Below, piece after piece: positions 19,642-29,087 of a stretch of DNA of 64,000 nt (its first letter is position 1; every line of letters starts with the position of its first letter). A model generated the notes under the pieces. The model saw only the letters and a list, made by a program, of their open reading frames with translations, searched no databases and had not been told where the DNA came from. The stretch spans positions 569,924-633,923 of the forward strand of contig AP024679.1 of NCBI GenBank assembly GCA_025999215.1. The letters are read 5' to 3'. The DNA is from Candidatus Dojkabacteria bacterium (GTDB lineage: Bacteria > Patescibacteriota > Dojkabacteria > J137). The translations under genes were made by a program, and so were the position numbers.

Positions 19642-20313
19642 ATGGGGATTTTTGATCCAAAACAATTAAGTACACAGGATCATTTAGATATTGAAGATAT
19701 TAGAGATGATTTGGTGGTTCTCAAAAATGGTCAAGTTTCGCTTGTAATTGAAACATCGTCGTTGAATTTCGATCTGTTGGATACTAAAGAACAAGATGCT
19801 AGAATCTATTCTTTTGCGCAATTTTTAAATTCAATTAGATTTCCTATACAAATAGTAATTAGAACTCAAAGAACTGATATAGCAAAATATCAAAAACTGC
19901 TTGATAATTATAAAAGTAAAATTAATTCGGAACCACTTTACAACCAAGTTAGCATTTATCAAGAATTTATTGATAATTTAACCGAGTCTACACAAATTTT
20001 AGACAAGAGGTTTTATACTGTAATTCCCTCTATGAAACTGCCTGTAGTTAACACTAGCTGGATTAAACAGATTTTTAGCGGAAAAAAACAAATTGTAAAT
20101 ATAAATCAAATTGTTTCAAAAGCAAAGGAAGAGTTGTATCCTAAAAGAGATCATATTATAAATCAGTACTCAAATTTAGGTGTACAAGCCAAACAGCTTA
20201 CTAATGATGAATTGATAAAATTATATTATTCTGTTTATGAACCTGATAGAAGCGGTCTAGAAGTCTTAGACTTAAAAGAAGAAGACATCAAAGAAGATTT
20301 AATTGGAATTTAA
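19642..20313 (+). CDS. Protein encoded immediately upstream of VirB4-type ATPase (possible N-terminal VirB4 domain or accessory subunit)
   Basis: 223 aa, ending 5 nt before the ATPase gene in a different frame. 'DHLDIEDIRDDLVVLKNGQVSLVIETSSLNFDLL...EEQDARIYSFAQFLNSIRFPIQIV' resembles N-terminal regions of Gram-positive conjugative ATPases. This is from recall and is unverified. Confidence 0.5.
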   Translation: MGIFDPKQLSTQDHLDIEDIRDDLVVLKNGQVSLVIETSSLNFDLLDTKEQDARIYSFAQFLNSIRFPIQIVIRTQRTDIAKYQKLLDNYKSKINSEPLYNQVSIYQEFIDNLTESTQILDKRFYTVIPSMKLPVVNTSWIKQIFSGKKQIVNINQIVSKAKEELYPKRDHIINQYSNLGVQAKQLTNDELIKLYYSVYEPDRSGLEVLDLKEEDIKEDLIGI

Positions 20314-20318
20314 AAAAT

Positions 20319-22172
20319 ATGAGACTTTTTCCGAAAAAACAAAACAAAACGAACAACAAAAACTTGAATGACAAAGAGCAAGAGATAATTAGCAAAGAGC
20401 AAAATGTTGTTAAGAAGTTTGCGCAAGGTTTGATTAGTATCAAAGATATTATTGCGCCTTCAGCTTTAGAAGTTAATTTTAACCATTTAGTTATTGGGAG
20501 TAAATATTTTAGATCATATTTTGCTGTTTTGTTTCCTAGAGTTGTTTATCCTAATTGGCTAGGCCCTTTAATAAATTTCGAATATCCTGTAGATATTAGT
20601 ACATTTTATTATCCTCACGAAACTTCTGAGATTTTGAAAATTCTAAAGCGAAAAATTGCTGAAATGCAAGCAACTATTAACATTGAGTTACAAGCAGGTA
20701 GGCAAGCTGATCCACAGATTAAAGTAAGTCTTGATGATGCTTTAAAATTACAAGCTCAACTTGCTTCAGGAAATGAAAGATTTTTTCAATATGCTCTCTA
20801 TATTACTGTTCATGCTGATACTCTTGATGAGCTTGAAAAAGTTTCAAAAAGTTTGGAATCTACTATGGCAGGTATTGGTGTTATTATTAAAGTAGCAACA
20901 CTTCAGCAAGAAGAATGTTTTCAATCTACAATTCCATACGCACTAGATAAAATTAGAATGTTTAGGAATTTAGATACAACAGCAATAGCTACAACCTTTC
21001 CATTTGTTAGTAGTGAATTGACAATGGAGAAAGGAATATTGTATGGAATAAATATGCACAATAATTCTTTAGTTATCTTTGATCGCTTTTCATTGCCCAA
21101 TGCAAATTCTGTAGTTTTGGCAACATCTGGAGCAGGTAAATCATACGCTGTGAAGCTTGAAGCTGTAAGATCTTTAATGCTCGGGATTGATATAATTGTG
21201 ATTGACCCTGAAAAAGAGTTTGATAGATTGTGTAATGCTGTAGGTGGAGAGTACATATCTTTTTCTCAAGATGGATCACAAAAATTAAATCCTTTTGAAC
21301 TATCTCAGATATATTCAAAAGACGAGGACGAACTAAGGTTTAAACTCCTTTCGCTTCGAGGTTTAATGAAAGTTATGATGGGCGGTTTAACACCTGAAGA
21401 AGATGCTATTTTAGATAGGGCCTTAATTTTAACTTATAAAGAAAAAGGAATTACACCTGATCCATCAACTCATAGCAATGAACCGCCGTTACTTGAAGAT
21501 CTTTATAAAATTTTAAATGCCATGGCAGAAGAAGAGGCTCATAGTATGGCAACGAAACTAGAAAGGTACTTGAAGGGATCAGCTTCAGGAATTTTTGATC
21601 AAAGATCCAACGTTGATATTAGAAATTCATTTACTGTTTTTAGTATTAGAGATTTGGCAGATGACTTAAGGCCAATAGCCATGTATATAATGCTTGACTA
21701 CATTTGGAACAGAATTAAAAGAGACAAAAGAAAAAGATTGTTAATTATTGATGAAGCGTGGATTATGATGCAATATCCAGAAGCAGCGCAATTTGTTTAT
21801 TCCATAGCTAAAAGAGCTAGAAAATATGCATTAGGACTTACAACAATTACACAAGATGTTAATGATTTCATAGAATCACCGTATGGTAAGGCAATTGTTA
21901 ATAACTCAAGTATGCAGTTTCTACTTAAACAATCTCCTGCTGCAATTGATCAATTGCAAAAAGTCTTTTATTTGACTGATGGTGAAAAATCATTTTTACT
22001 TTCAGCAGGCATTGGTCAAGGTTTGTTTTTTGCAGGAAGCAATCATGTGGCGATTCAGACAATTGCTAGTGAAAATGAGCATAACCTAATTACTACGAAT
22101 CCAAACGAATTACTTAAACAGTTACAGCAAAGTGAGACTGGAGATCAATTAGATATAACTTCTCAAAGCTAA
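20319..22172 (+). CDS. VirB4/TraE/TcpF-family type IV secretion (conjugation) ATPase, Gram-positive type
   Basis: N-terminal 'DIIAPSALEVNFNHLVIGSKYFRSYFAVLFPRVVYPNWLGPLINFEYPVDIS' is the family-typical region. Walker A is 'ATSGAGKSY' and Walker B is 'LLIIDEAW'. Confidence 0.8.
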   Translation: MRLFPKKQNKTNNKNLNDKEQEIISKEQNVVKKFAQGLISIKDIIAPSALEVNFNHLVIGSKYFRSYFAVLFPRVVYPNWLGPLINFEYPVDISTFYYPHETSEILKILKRKIAEMQATINIELQAGRQADPQIKVSLDDALKLQAQLASGNERFFQYALYITVHADTLDELEKVSKSLESTMAGIGVIIKVATLQQEECFQSTIPYALDKIRMFRNLDTTAIATTFPFVSSELTMEKGILYGINMHNNSLVIFDRFSLPNANSVVLATSGAGKSYAVKLEAVRSLMLGIDIIVIDPEKEFDRLCNAVGGEYISFSQDGSQKLNPFELSQIYSKDEDELRFKLLSLRGLMKVMMGGLTPEEDAILDRALILTYKEKGITPDPSTHSNEPPLLEDLYKILNAMAEEEAHSMATKLERYLKGSASGIFDQRSNVDIRNSFTVFSIRDLADDLRPIAMYIMLDYIWNRIKRDKRKRLLIIDEAWIMMQYPEAAQFVYSIAKRARKYALGLTTITQDVNDFIESPYGKAIVNNSSMQFLLKQSPAAIDQLQKVFYLTDGEKSFLLSAGIGQGLFFAGSNHVAIQTIASENEHNLITTNPNELLKQLQQSETGDQLDITSQS

Positions 22173-22201
22173 AAAATAATATTGATAAGAAAGTTCGCTT
22201 T

Positions 22202-23317
22202 TTAGAGTAATTTTTCTATTTCATCACAAATTTTTATTGCTGCATTTGAGGGCACATTAATTTTCTTGTTTTGTTTAACTTTCAGTAGTTTTTCAATATT
22301 TTTAAGAATATCATAAGAATTAAAGTTATCATTTTGCTCCATTATAATTGTTATGCCATTTTGCTCTAAAAATTTTGCATTTTTATATTGTTCTTGGTTG
22401 GATACCCAAGGTATTGGAACCAAAATTGATTTTTTGTTGAGATAAGCTAATTCGGTGATAGTATTAGCCCCTGCTCTTGCAATCACAATATCTGAAAATT
22501 TTAAAGCTTCACTCATTTCTGTAGAATTTAAATAATCGTAAGCTTTATATCTATAAACTTTCTTTTTCTCAAATTCCTTTTGTAAATTTAAAGCTTTTTG
22601 GTAATCATTTGTTACTGTAGAATTTCCTGTTTGATGCAAAACATTATATTTTTCTATAAGTTCATCAATAATTGAAAAAATATTTTGATTAATAAAATGA
22701 GCTCCTTGATTTCCTCCAGTTATGAAAATTAATGGAACCTTATCTTTAAATTTCGTGATAGTTTTGTTAGATGGAGGTTTTAAAATTTCTTTTCGTAGCG
22801 GATTACCAGTAAGAATTGTTTTGTTTTTGGGAAAATATTCAAGTGATTCTTTCCAACTCACAAAAACTCTATCTGCAAATTTTGAAATAATTTTATTTGC
22901 AAGTCCTACAACAACGGTTTGTTCATGAGTAACTATTTTAATATTCATCAATTTAGCAATTAATACAATTGGTAAAGCTATATATCCACCAAATGAAACT
23001 ATTATTTGAGGTTTTTCTTTTTTCAAAATTAATATTGCGTTGATTATACCTACAAATATCAAAAGTAAATTTTTTATTGAAGGAAATAGAGTTTTCAAGC
23101 TCCAAACTCTGCTGAGCTTTCCCGCTTTGAGATTGTAAAATTTTATGTTTTTAGAAGTAATAATGTTGTATTCTGCTGAAGGGTTTTTATTACCTGTTTG
23201 ATTATACTTTGCACCAACCCAAATTATTTTGTTATATCCTCTTGCAATTAATTCATCTAATACTGCTAGAGCTGGAGTTAGGTGACCTCCTGTTATTAAA
23301 ATTTTAGTTTTGTTCAT
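22202..23317 (-). CDS. murG: UDP-N-acetylglucosamine--N-acetylmuramyl-(pentapeptide) pyrophosphoryl-undecaprenol N-acetylglucosamine transferase
   Basis: N-terminal 'ILITGGHLTPALAV' is the GGTGGH-type motif. The C-terminal GT-B fold has 'ITGGNQGAHFIN' and 'VIARAGANTITE'. Confidence 0.85.
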   Translation of the reverse strand: MNKTKILITGGHLTPALAVLDELIARGYNKIIWVGAKYNQTGNKNPSAEYNIITSKNIKFYNLKAGKLSRVWSLKTLFPSIKNLLLIFVGIINAILILKKEKPQIIVSFGGYIALPIVLIAKLMNIKIVTHEQTVVVGLANKIISKFADRVFVSWKESLEYFPKNKTILTGNPLRKEILKPPSNKTITKFKDKVPLIFITGGNQGAHFINQNIFSIIDELIEKYNVLHQTGNSTVTNDYQKALNLQKEFEKKKVYRYKAYDYLNSTEMSEALKFSDIVIARAGANTITELAYLNKKSILVPIPWVSNQEQYKNAKFLEQNGITIIMEQNDNFNSYDILKNIEKLLKVKQNKKINVPSNAAIKICDEIEKLL

Positions 23318-24190
23318 ATCCTAAACTTCTAGTTAAATTTCTTAATAAGCATGCAATTGTAATTGGACCAATACCACCGGGTACTGGTGTTATATAACTA
23401 ATTTTATTTTCAATTTTTTTATTGACAATGACATCACCATAAACTTTGTCATTAACTTTCTTGCTAGTTACATCAATAACTATTGCGTTTTTTTTAAAGA
23501 AAGTATGATCTAGTAATTGTGTTTGACCTGTAGCTGTAACAACTATATCCGCATTCTGTGTTATTTTTTTGATATTTTTAGAAAATTTATTTAAAATTGT
23601 AACACTAGCATTACACTTTAGCAAGCAACCCAGAAAGTGGTAAGCCTATCAGATTTGAATTATTTATTATAACAACATTTTTACCAGCAAAAAAATTATT
23701 AGTTGAATCAAAACTAGAGCTCTGTAATATTTTTCCAGGTTAAATTTTCATTTGTCGTAAAATTTATTGCTTCAAGTATTGCTTCAACAGTTGCTGGTGG
23801 TGCACTAATACTTGATAAGTTGATTAACCATTCCTTGCATATGAGCGCTTAAACCATCTACATCTTTTGAAACTTTTACACTGTTTAGTACTCTAAATTT
23901 ATCAATATGTTTAAAAAGTGGTATTTGAACCAAGATTCCATCAATTTGTTCATCATTATTCCACTTGCTTATTATATTAATACAATCTTTTGTTTTTGCA
24001 TTTTGATTCAGTTTTTCTACAATTACATTTACACCGTATTCTATAGCTTTTTCTTTTTTGAGTTCAACATAGTGATGTGCTGATTGATCGTTTGTTGCAA
24101 GCAATACAGCTAGTGTCTTACCTTTAAGTTTTGATAAACACCATCTAAAATTTTATTTGAAATTTCATACCCATCAATTAATACCATTTT
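23304..24190 (-). pseudogene. folD: Bifunctional methylenetetrahydrofolate dehydrogenase/cyclohydrolase, disrupted by at least 4 frameshifts
   Basis: Collinear FolD pieces are found in three frames on the minus strand: 'MVLIDGYEISNKILDGVYQNLKG', 'KTLAVLLATNDQSAHHYVELKKEKAIEYGV...DGILVQIPL', 'VDGLSAHMQGMV', 'ISAPPATVEAILEAINF', 'GKNVVIINNSNLIGLPLSGLL' and 'KCNASVTILNKF...VVTATGQ...ITPVPGGIGPITIACLL'. Frame changes lie near 24130, 23805, 23718 and 23630. Confidence 0.8.
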
Positions 24191-24278
24191 TGATTTAGCT
24201 AAACACGAAATTATAACATAAAGTTTTGATAAAATTTTTTGGTAGTTAAATGTCAAAAGTGTTATAATTAAGATCGTA

Positions 24279-24354
24279 GCGCGAGTAGCTCAACGGATAG
24301 AGCAACTGCCTTCTAAGCAGTAGGTTGTGAGTTCGAATCTCGCCTCGCGCACCA
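24279..24354 (+). tRNA. tRNA-Arg (anticodon TCT), CCA encoded
   Basis: Acceptor GCGCGAG/CTCGCGC, D-arm GCTCAACGGATAGAGC, anticodon loop CTTCTAA, T-loop TTCGAAT. Confidence 0.88.
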
Positions 24355-24372
24355 TGATGATATAAAAAAATG

Positions 24373-26283
24373 TTAATTTTGCAGTTTAAATTGTATTTCT
24401 TCTAATATACAGTTCAAGATGCTAGTTGCTTCTTCATCATTTTTAAATTTTTCTAGAGTTTCATTAATATATTGAAGAGCTAAGTCATATCTATTCATTT
24501 CCATGTAAATATAAATAATATCTATGTGTGCTATGAAATAGTATTTATTTATAGATAATGACTTATTAAGATAGTCTATTGCTTCATTGTATTTTTGTTG
24601 ATCTTTTAAAATCATGGCTAGCATGTGATAACTTTCTGCTTCATCACCAACTTCTTTTCTACAAAAATTTAATGCTTCATCATAGTTTCCCATTGCAGCA
24701 TATAACTCTGCAATTTGGGTATATGATATTCCTCTTGGGTTTATTTGTTTAGCATGTTCGAAAGCTTCAATAGCTTTATCGTAATCTTTATTTATTAAAT
24801 AAATTTTACCTAGCTCAATGTAAGATTTATAATGAAAAGGATTAATTGAAATAGCTTTTTGAAAATTTTCAATTGCGTTATTAATATTAGCTTGATCATT
24901 GTAGACGCATCCTAACATAAAGTAAGCGTTAGAATAATTAGGATCAATATTTAGTATAATTTCAAGTAATTTTATTGCAATATTGTATTTTTGTTTTCTA
25001 TAAAAAATTACTGAGTTATTATTAAGTATTACTAAAAGTAAACCTTCTTCAGGAGAGCGTAAAGTGACATTAGTTCCCCATTCTGGTATATAAAGTGTCT
25101 GATTGTTTGATAAATTTGTTTTTATGTCTATTTCTCTTAATAAAGGTAAAGGTCTAAAATTCATATTATTACCATAGGGCGTTAAGTCCATAAGATAAGC
25201 TGTACCATCACTTGTAAAGAAAACTATTGCTGCATGATCTTCTGAGTGTATTAGTAAACAATCTATATCTAATTCTTGGAGTAATGATATACCTAATAAT
25301 GAAGCCCCAACACAGTTTATAGTTTTTTTAATATAAATGTCTGTGGGATTAAACTGTTCTTTTTCATAGTTGTAATTGTTGACAATATATTTTTGAATCA
25401 TTTGTGCAAATTTATATTCAGCCTCTGAAATAATACTTATATTTCCGCCATTTCTTAAATTTTGTATTTCTAGTTTTCTAGCTTCTATATCGAGAATTTG
25501 GTAAAGTGACCTCATTTCTTCATTTGTTGGTAAATACATCAATAAAAACTTCATTCCAAGATTTAAAATTAAAGAATACATAATAAGGGTTGGTTTTTGT
25601 GAAAGATTTTGAAGTAATTTTTGGGTTAATTGATTGCTATTGAAAGGGTAGGTTTTATTTCTACTTAAGGTATAAAACCACAACCTAAGATATCTTTTTC
25701 TAATATTTGTTAGATTGTGGTTTAAATACTCTTTATTTATTCTTTTATTGTAATTTGTTGATCCTAAAAGATATTTATCAATTTCTTCTAATTCTTCTGA
25801 GGATAAATATAAATCTTCAGCGTAAAGCGAATTATTACTAAAGCTTTTACCTTGAAGCAGTCTACCATATTTATATAAATTATTTGCAATATTACTTGCA
25901 ATTTCATTACCTTCAGTAATTTGATCACTATGTATGTGTATATATATCCCTAAATTTTCTACAAATTTTGCAAATGATAAAATTTTTGATTCATTTTTTT
26001 CATTAAGACTTCCAAATGATTTTTTTATTACTTGTTCGATAATTTTTAGTTCTTCGTATCTTAAATCATTTGGTATAGTTAAAACATAGACTTTATCTAC
26101 ATTCTCAAAATTTTCAATATTTAGTGTTATTAAATCATCTGAACTTCTTTCTTTCCTATTAACAAAATTAACAACAATACAATTAATTTCACACCACCAC
26201 AATAAAATAGTCATAAACTCGTCATCTACTCGCTCCGAATCTATAAACCAACTTTCATGTTTTCGATGATCATAATTTTCCAT
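24373..26283 (-). CDS. Transglutaminase-like cysteine protease domain protein with C-terminal TPR repeats
   Basis: The central 'NCVGASLLGISLLQELDIDCLLIHSEDHAAIVFF...YLMDLT' is a Cys-His-Asp transglutaminase-like core. The C-terminal third consists of repeated 34-aa TPR-like units ('AYFMLGCVY', 'SYIELGKIY', 'SYTQIAELY'). Confidence 0.6.
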   Translation of the reverse strand: MENYDHRKHESWFIDSERVDDEFMTILLWWCEINCIVVNFVNRKERSSDDLITLNIENFENVDKVYVLTIPNDLRYEELKIIEQVIKKSFGSLNEKNESKILSFAKFVENLGIYIHIHSDQITEGNEIASNIANNLYKYGRLLQGKSFSNNSLYAEDLYLSSEELEEIDKYLLGSTNYNKRINKEYLNHNLTNIRKRYLRLWFYTLSRNKTYPFNSNQLTQKLLQNLSQKPTLIMYSLILNLGMKFLLMYLPTNEEMRSLYQILDIEARKLEIQNLRNGGNISIISEAEYKFAQMIQKYIVNNYNYEKEQFNPTDIYIKKTINCVGASLLGISLLQELDIDCLLIHSEDHAAIVFFTSDGTAYLMDLTPYGNNMNFRPLPLLREIDIKTNLSNNQTLYIPEWGTNVTLRSPEEGLLLVILNNNSVIFYRKQKYNIAIKLLEIILNIDPNYSNAYFMLGCVYNDQANINNAIENFQKAISINPFHYKSYIELGKIYLINKDYDKAIEAFEHAKQINPRGISYTQIAELYAAMGNYDEALNFCRKEVGDEAESYHMLAMILKDQQKYNEAIDYLNKSLSINKYYFIAHIDIIYIYMEMNRYDLALQYINETLEKFKNDEEATSILNCILEEIQFKLQN

Positions 26284-26601
26284 TTTTTATCATTATTAAT
26301 AATTTACATGAAAATTAAAAGTTGAATTCAATTATAACATGTTTTAAAAAAATAAAAATAAATAAAAAAACAAATAAATTTGTAGAGAAGTTTAATCCAT
26401 TAATACAAAATTTAGATTGTAGTATAACTATTTTATTAAGAGATTGAATAATAATTTGATTAAAAATAGTATTTTCATTTTATTTAATAATATAGTATTA
26501 CTAAGCAAAAAATTTAACACTCTAAAATGACTTTTTTATTAATACGAAATTAAATTTTGTGATGGATTTATGAGTAACTGGATTTTAATATAATTTTCAA
26601 A

Positions 26602-27000
26602 TCACTTGCTTTTATAACCAAATTTTTTTGCAATTTCACTCAAAGTTTTTAAATAACTTTCAACTTCACCACCACTTACATTTCTATTTTCATGAATTAG
26701 TTTGTTTCGAGCAATGCGAAAATTGTGCAATTTTGATTTTAATTTTTTATCTGAAATTTTATTTATTAATTCAAATGACGTGTAATTTTTACCAAATTCA
26801 TTTTTAAGAATTGTTTCTAAAGCTATGAAAGCATTGATTAGTGCTCCCTCATTGTCCTTTTCTCTAAATTTTTTAAAGGCAATATTATATTTCGTAGGAA
26901 GGGTCTTTTTTTCGTTTTTGTTAAATAAAATTGCAAAAATAAAAAGAGTAACTACTGATACTATTAAAATGAAAATTATGAAGTTATTTTCAAAAAGCAT
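26602..27000 (-). CDS. Membrane-anchored small protein with possible HEPN-like Rx4H motif
   Basis: N-terminal TM. 'HNFRIARNKLIHEN' contains an R-x4-H motif. Confidence 0.4.
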   Translation of the reverse strand: MLFENNFIIFILIVSVVTLFIFAILFNKNEKKTLPTKYNIAFKKFREKDNEGALINAFIALETILKNEFGKNYTSFELINKISDKKLKSKLHNFRIARNKLIHENRNVSGGEVESYLKTLSEIAKKFGYKSK

Positions 27001-27030
27001 CTACTAAATATAACAATGGTATAATATAAC

Positions 27031-27828
27031 ATGAAAAAACTAATTTTTGTTATATTAACCTTTGTTGTTTTATATTCATTCTATCAATTAGAATTCGTAA
27101 AAACAGGCAATGATAATTTTTCGGAAACGGAAGTTACAACTAGTTTAGCTCAAACTGAAGAAAATGAGTTTATTTTTGATGATTTTGTTGCTTATTACTT
27201 GAAAGATCAAGAAATATATATCGTTAAATTATCTAATTTTCAAAATCTTAATTTGTTGTATGATCCCACAAATACTAAAAGTTTAAAGGAAATTATTGAA
27301 AGTAATAACTTAAATTTTGCAATAAATGGTGGATATTTCACTGATGAAAAAAAGCATGTGGGAGGTTTAATAATTAACTCTGATATCATAAACAATTTTG
27401 CAAACAATGATCAACTAACTCATGTGGTAGCATTAGATGAGCAACATTTAGAGCTTAGTTTTTATTCATATGAAGATTTTATAAATCTTGATAAAAAAAA
27501 TTTTAAATTTGCTTTTCAAACAGGACCGATTGTCATTAATAAAGGTATTATTGAATATGATTTTATAAACAATTCTTTAAACGGAAATGAGAAAGCTTTG
27601 AGGTCTTTAATAGGTAAAAATAATTCAAATGAATTGATTTTTATTGTCACTCGCAAAGTCTACGATTTGCAAACTTTAGCAGAAATTTTATTTGAAGAAG
27701 AAATTTTAGGTAATGAAGTCACACTAATCAATCTTGATGGTGGATCTAGTGTTGCAATGTATTTGAAAAATCTAGAAAAATTTCAAATCAACGAAAATAA
27801 AATTCTACCGAATCTTATTACTTTTTAA
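27031..27828 (+). CDS. Secreted phosphodiester glycosidase-family (DUF2233/NAGPA-like) protein
   Basis: Signal peptide present. 'FAINGGYFTDEKKHVGGLIIN' and 'FAFQTGPIVINKG' resemble the family's conserved NGG[FY]F and Q.GP motifs. Confidence 0.55.
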   Translation: MKKLIFVILTFVVLYSFYQLEFVKTGNDNFSETEVTTSLAQTEENEFIFDDFVAYYLKDQEIYIVKLSNFQNLNLLYDPTNTKSLKEIIESNNLNFAINGGYFTDEKKHVGGLIINSDIINNFANNDQLTHVVALDEQHLELSFYSYEDFINLDKKNFKFAFQTGPIVINKGIIEYDFINNSLNGNEKALRSLIGKNNSNELIFIVTRKVYDLQTLAEILFEEEILGNEVTLINLDGGSSVAMYLKNLEKFQINENKILPNLITF

Positions 27829-28949
27829 TTTTTAGTTAAAACTATTTTAAATAAACCAAAGAAATTAATAATGAGAGCTAATGAAATTATTAAAACTAAT
27901 TCGTTTCTATATTCATCTACAAAATTTATCTGCGTTGATGATAATGTTAATGATTGATTTGTTGCTTGATTAGCAAAAACAGTTTTTTGAACACATCTAT
28001 TTTGTAAGCAAGAATAATTGGTATCGCAGGTTATATTTGACTCAATAGAACAAAATTGATCAAGAGTTGCTACACATCTACCATCAGGGTTAAGACATCT
28101 GTTATTTTGACAAGTTAAGCCTGTACTACAATTACTATCTATTATGCAACTTTCACCACAGACTTTAACATTAGTGAGAGAGTTTAAATTTTGGTATTTT
28201 GAAATGTAATCTCTAAATTTGCTAACCCTTACAGCTATAGCGCTATTTCCAATCGCACAGTACTTATCTTTTTCACCAGGAAGTTCAAGTACTGCCGATA
28301 AAATTCCAACTACTTGATTTGTCCCTGCTTTAAAAATTGGACTTCCACTATCACCAAAGCAAACTCCTCCACTTTCGCCACTGATATAAAGACTATTACC
28401 ACTGAAGCCTTCTATACATAGTGAATAACTTTTTCTTAACCTAACACCGGGATCAAGCAGAGAATCAATTTCTGTAGAACCATAACCAACAATTTCATAA
28501 CCACACCCTAGTTCTATATCAGCTATTTGAGCAATTTCAAAGTTTTGTGGACTAAATTTAACAATAGCAATGTCATAATTTCTGTTCTCACCATCCCAGC
28601 TAGGATGAATTATTACTTCCTTTACCTCAACATTTTCAGACTCAAGGTATGAAAATTCTTTTTCGCCTACATAAAAATTTTTACCATTTTCCACGCAATG
28701 AGCAGCAGTTATTGCAGTTGTATTATCAATAAAAAACAAACCGCAACTTCTTACAGTATTGCTATTTTCATAGGTAACTAAATATCCAGCCGATAAATAC
28801 CCTTTTTCATCTTTTCCACCATAAATTGCGCTACTATCATCAATTGAGCTGTTTTGTTGAAAATTGAAATATAATAATATTATAACAATCAAAACTATTA
28901 AGACTGTTAAAGATAAAAATTCAAAATATTTTTCAACTTTCTTTTTCAT
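27825..28949 (-). CDS. Secreted trypsin-like (S1) serine protease with Cys-rich C-terminal domain
   Basis: The catalytic triad context is 'TAAHCV', 'DIAIVKF' and 'GDSGSPIF'. N-terminal anchor or signal. The C-terminal roughly 80 aa contain more than 12 Cys. Confidence 0.8.
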   Translation of the reverse strand: MKKKVEKYFEFLSLTVLIVLIVIILLYFNFQQNSSIDDSSAIYGGKDEKGYLSAGYLVTYENSNTVRSCGLFFIDNTTAITAAHCVENGKNFYVGEKEFSYLESENVEVKEVIIHPSWDGENRNYDIAIVKFSPQNFEIAQIADIELGCGYEIVGYGSTEIDSLLDPGVRLRKSYSLCIEGFSGNSLYISGESGGVCFGDSGSPIFKAGTNQVVGILSAVLELPGEKDKYCAIGNSAIAVRVSKFRDYISKYQNLNSLTNVKVCGESCIIDSNCSTGLTCQNNRCLNPDGRCVATLDQFCSIESNITCDTNYSCLQNRCVQKTVFANQATNQSLTLSSTQINFVDEYRNELVLIISLALIINFFGLFKIVLTKN

Positions 28950-29002
28950 ATTAACATTCTATAATTTTTATGTTTAAAATGCTATAATTTAGTGTGATTT
29001 AT

Positions 29003-29076
29003 GCGCCTGTAGCTCAATTGGATAGAGCGCCGGTCTTCGGAACCGTAGGTTGTAGGTTCGAATCCTACCAGGCGTA
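29003..29076 (+). tRNA. tRNA-Arg (anticodon TCG)
   Basis: Acceptor GCGCCTG/CAGGCGT, D-arm GCTCAATTGGATAGAGC, anticodon loop CTTCGGA, T-loop TTCGAAT. CCA is not encoded. Confidence 0.75.
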
Positions 29077-29087
29077 TTTTGTGTACA

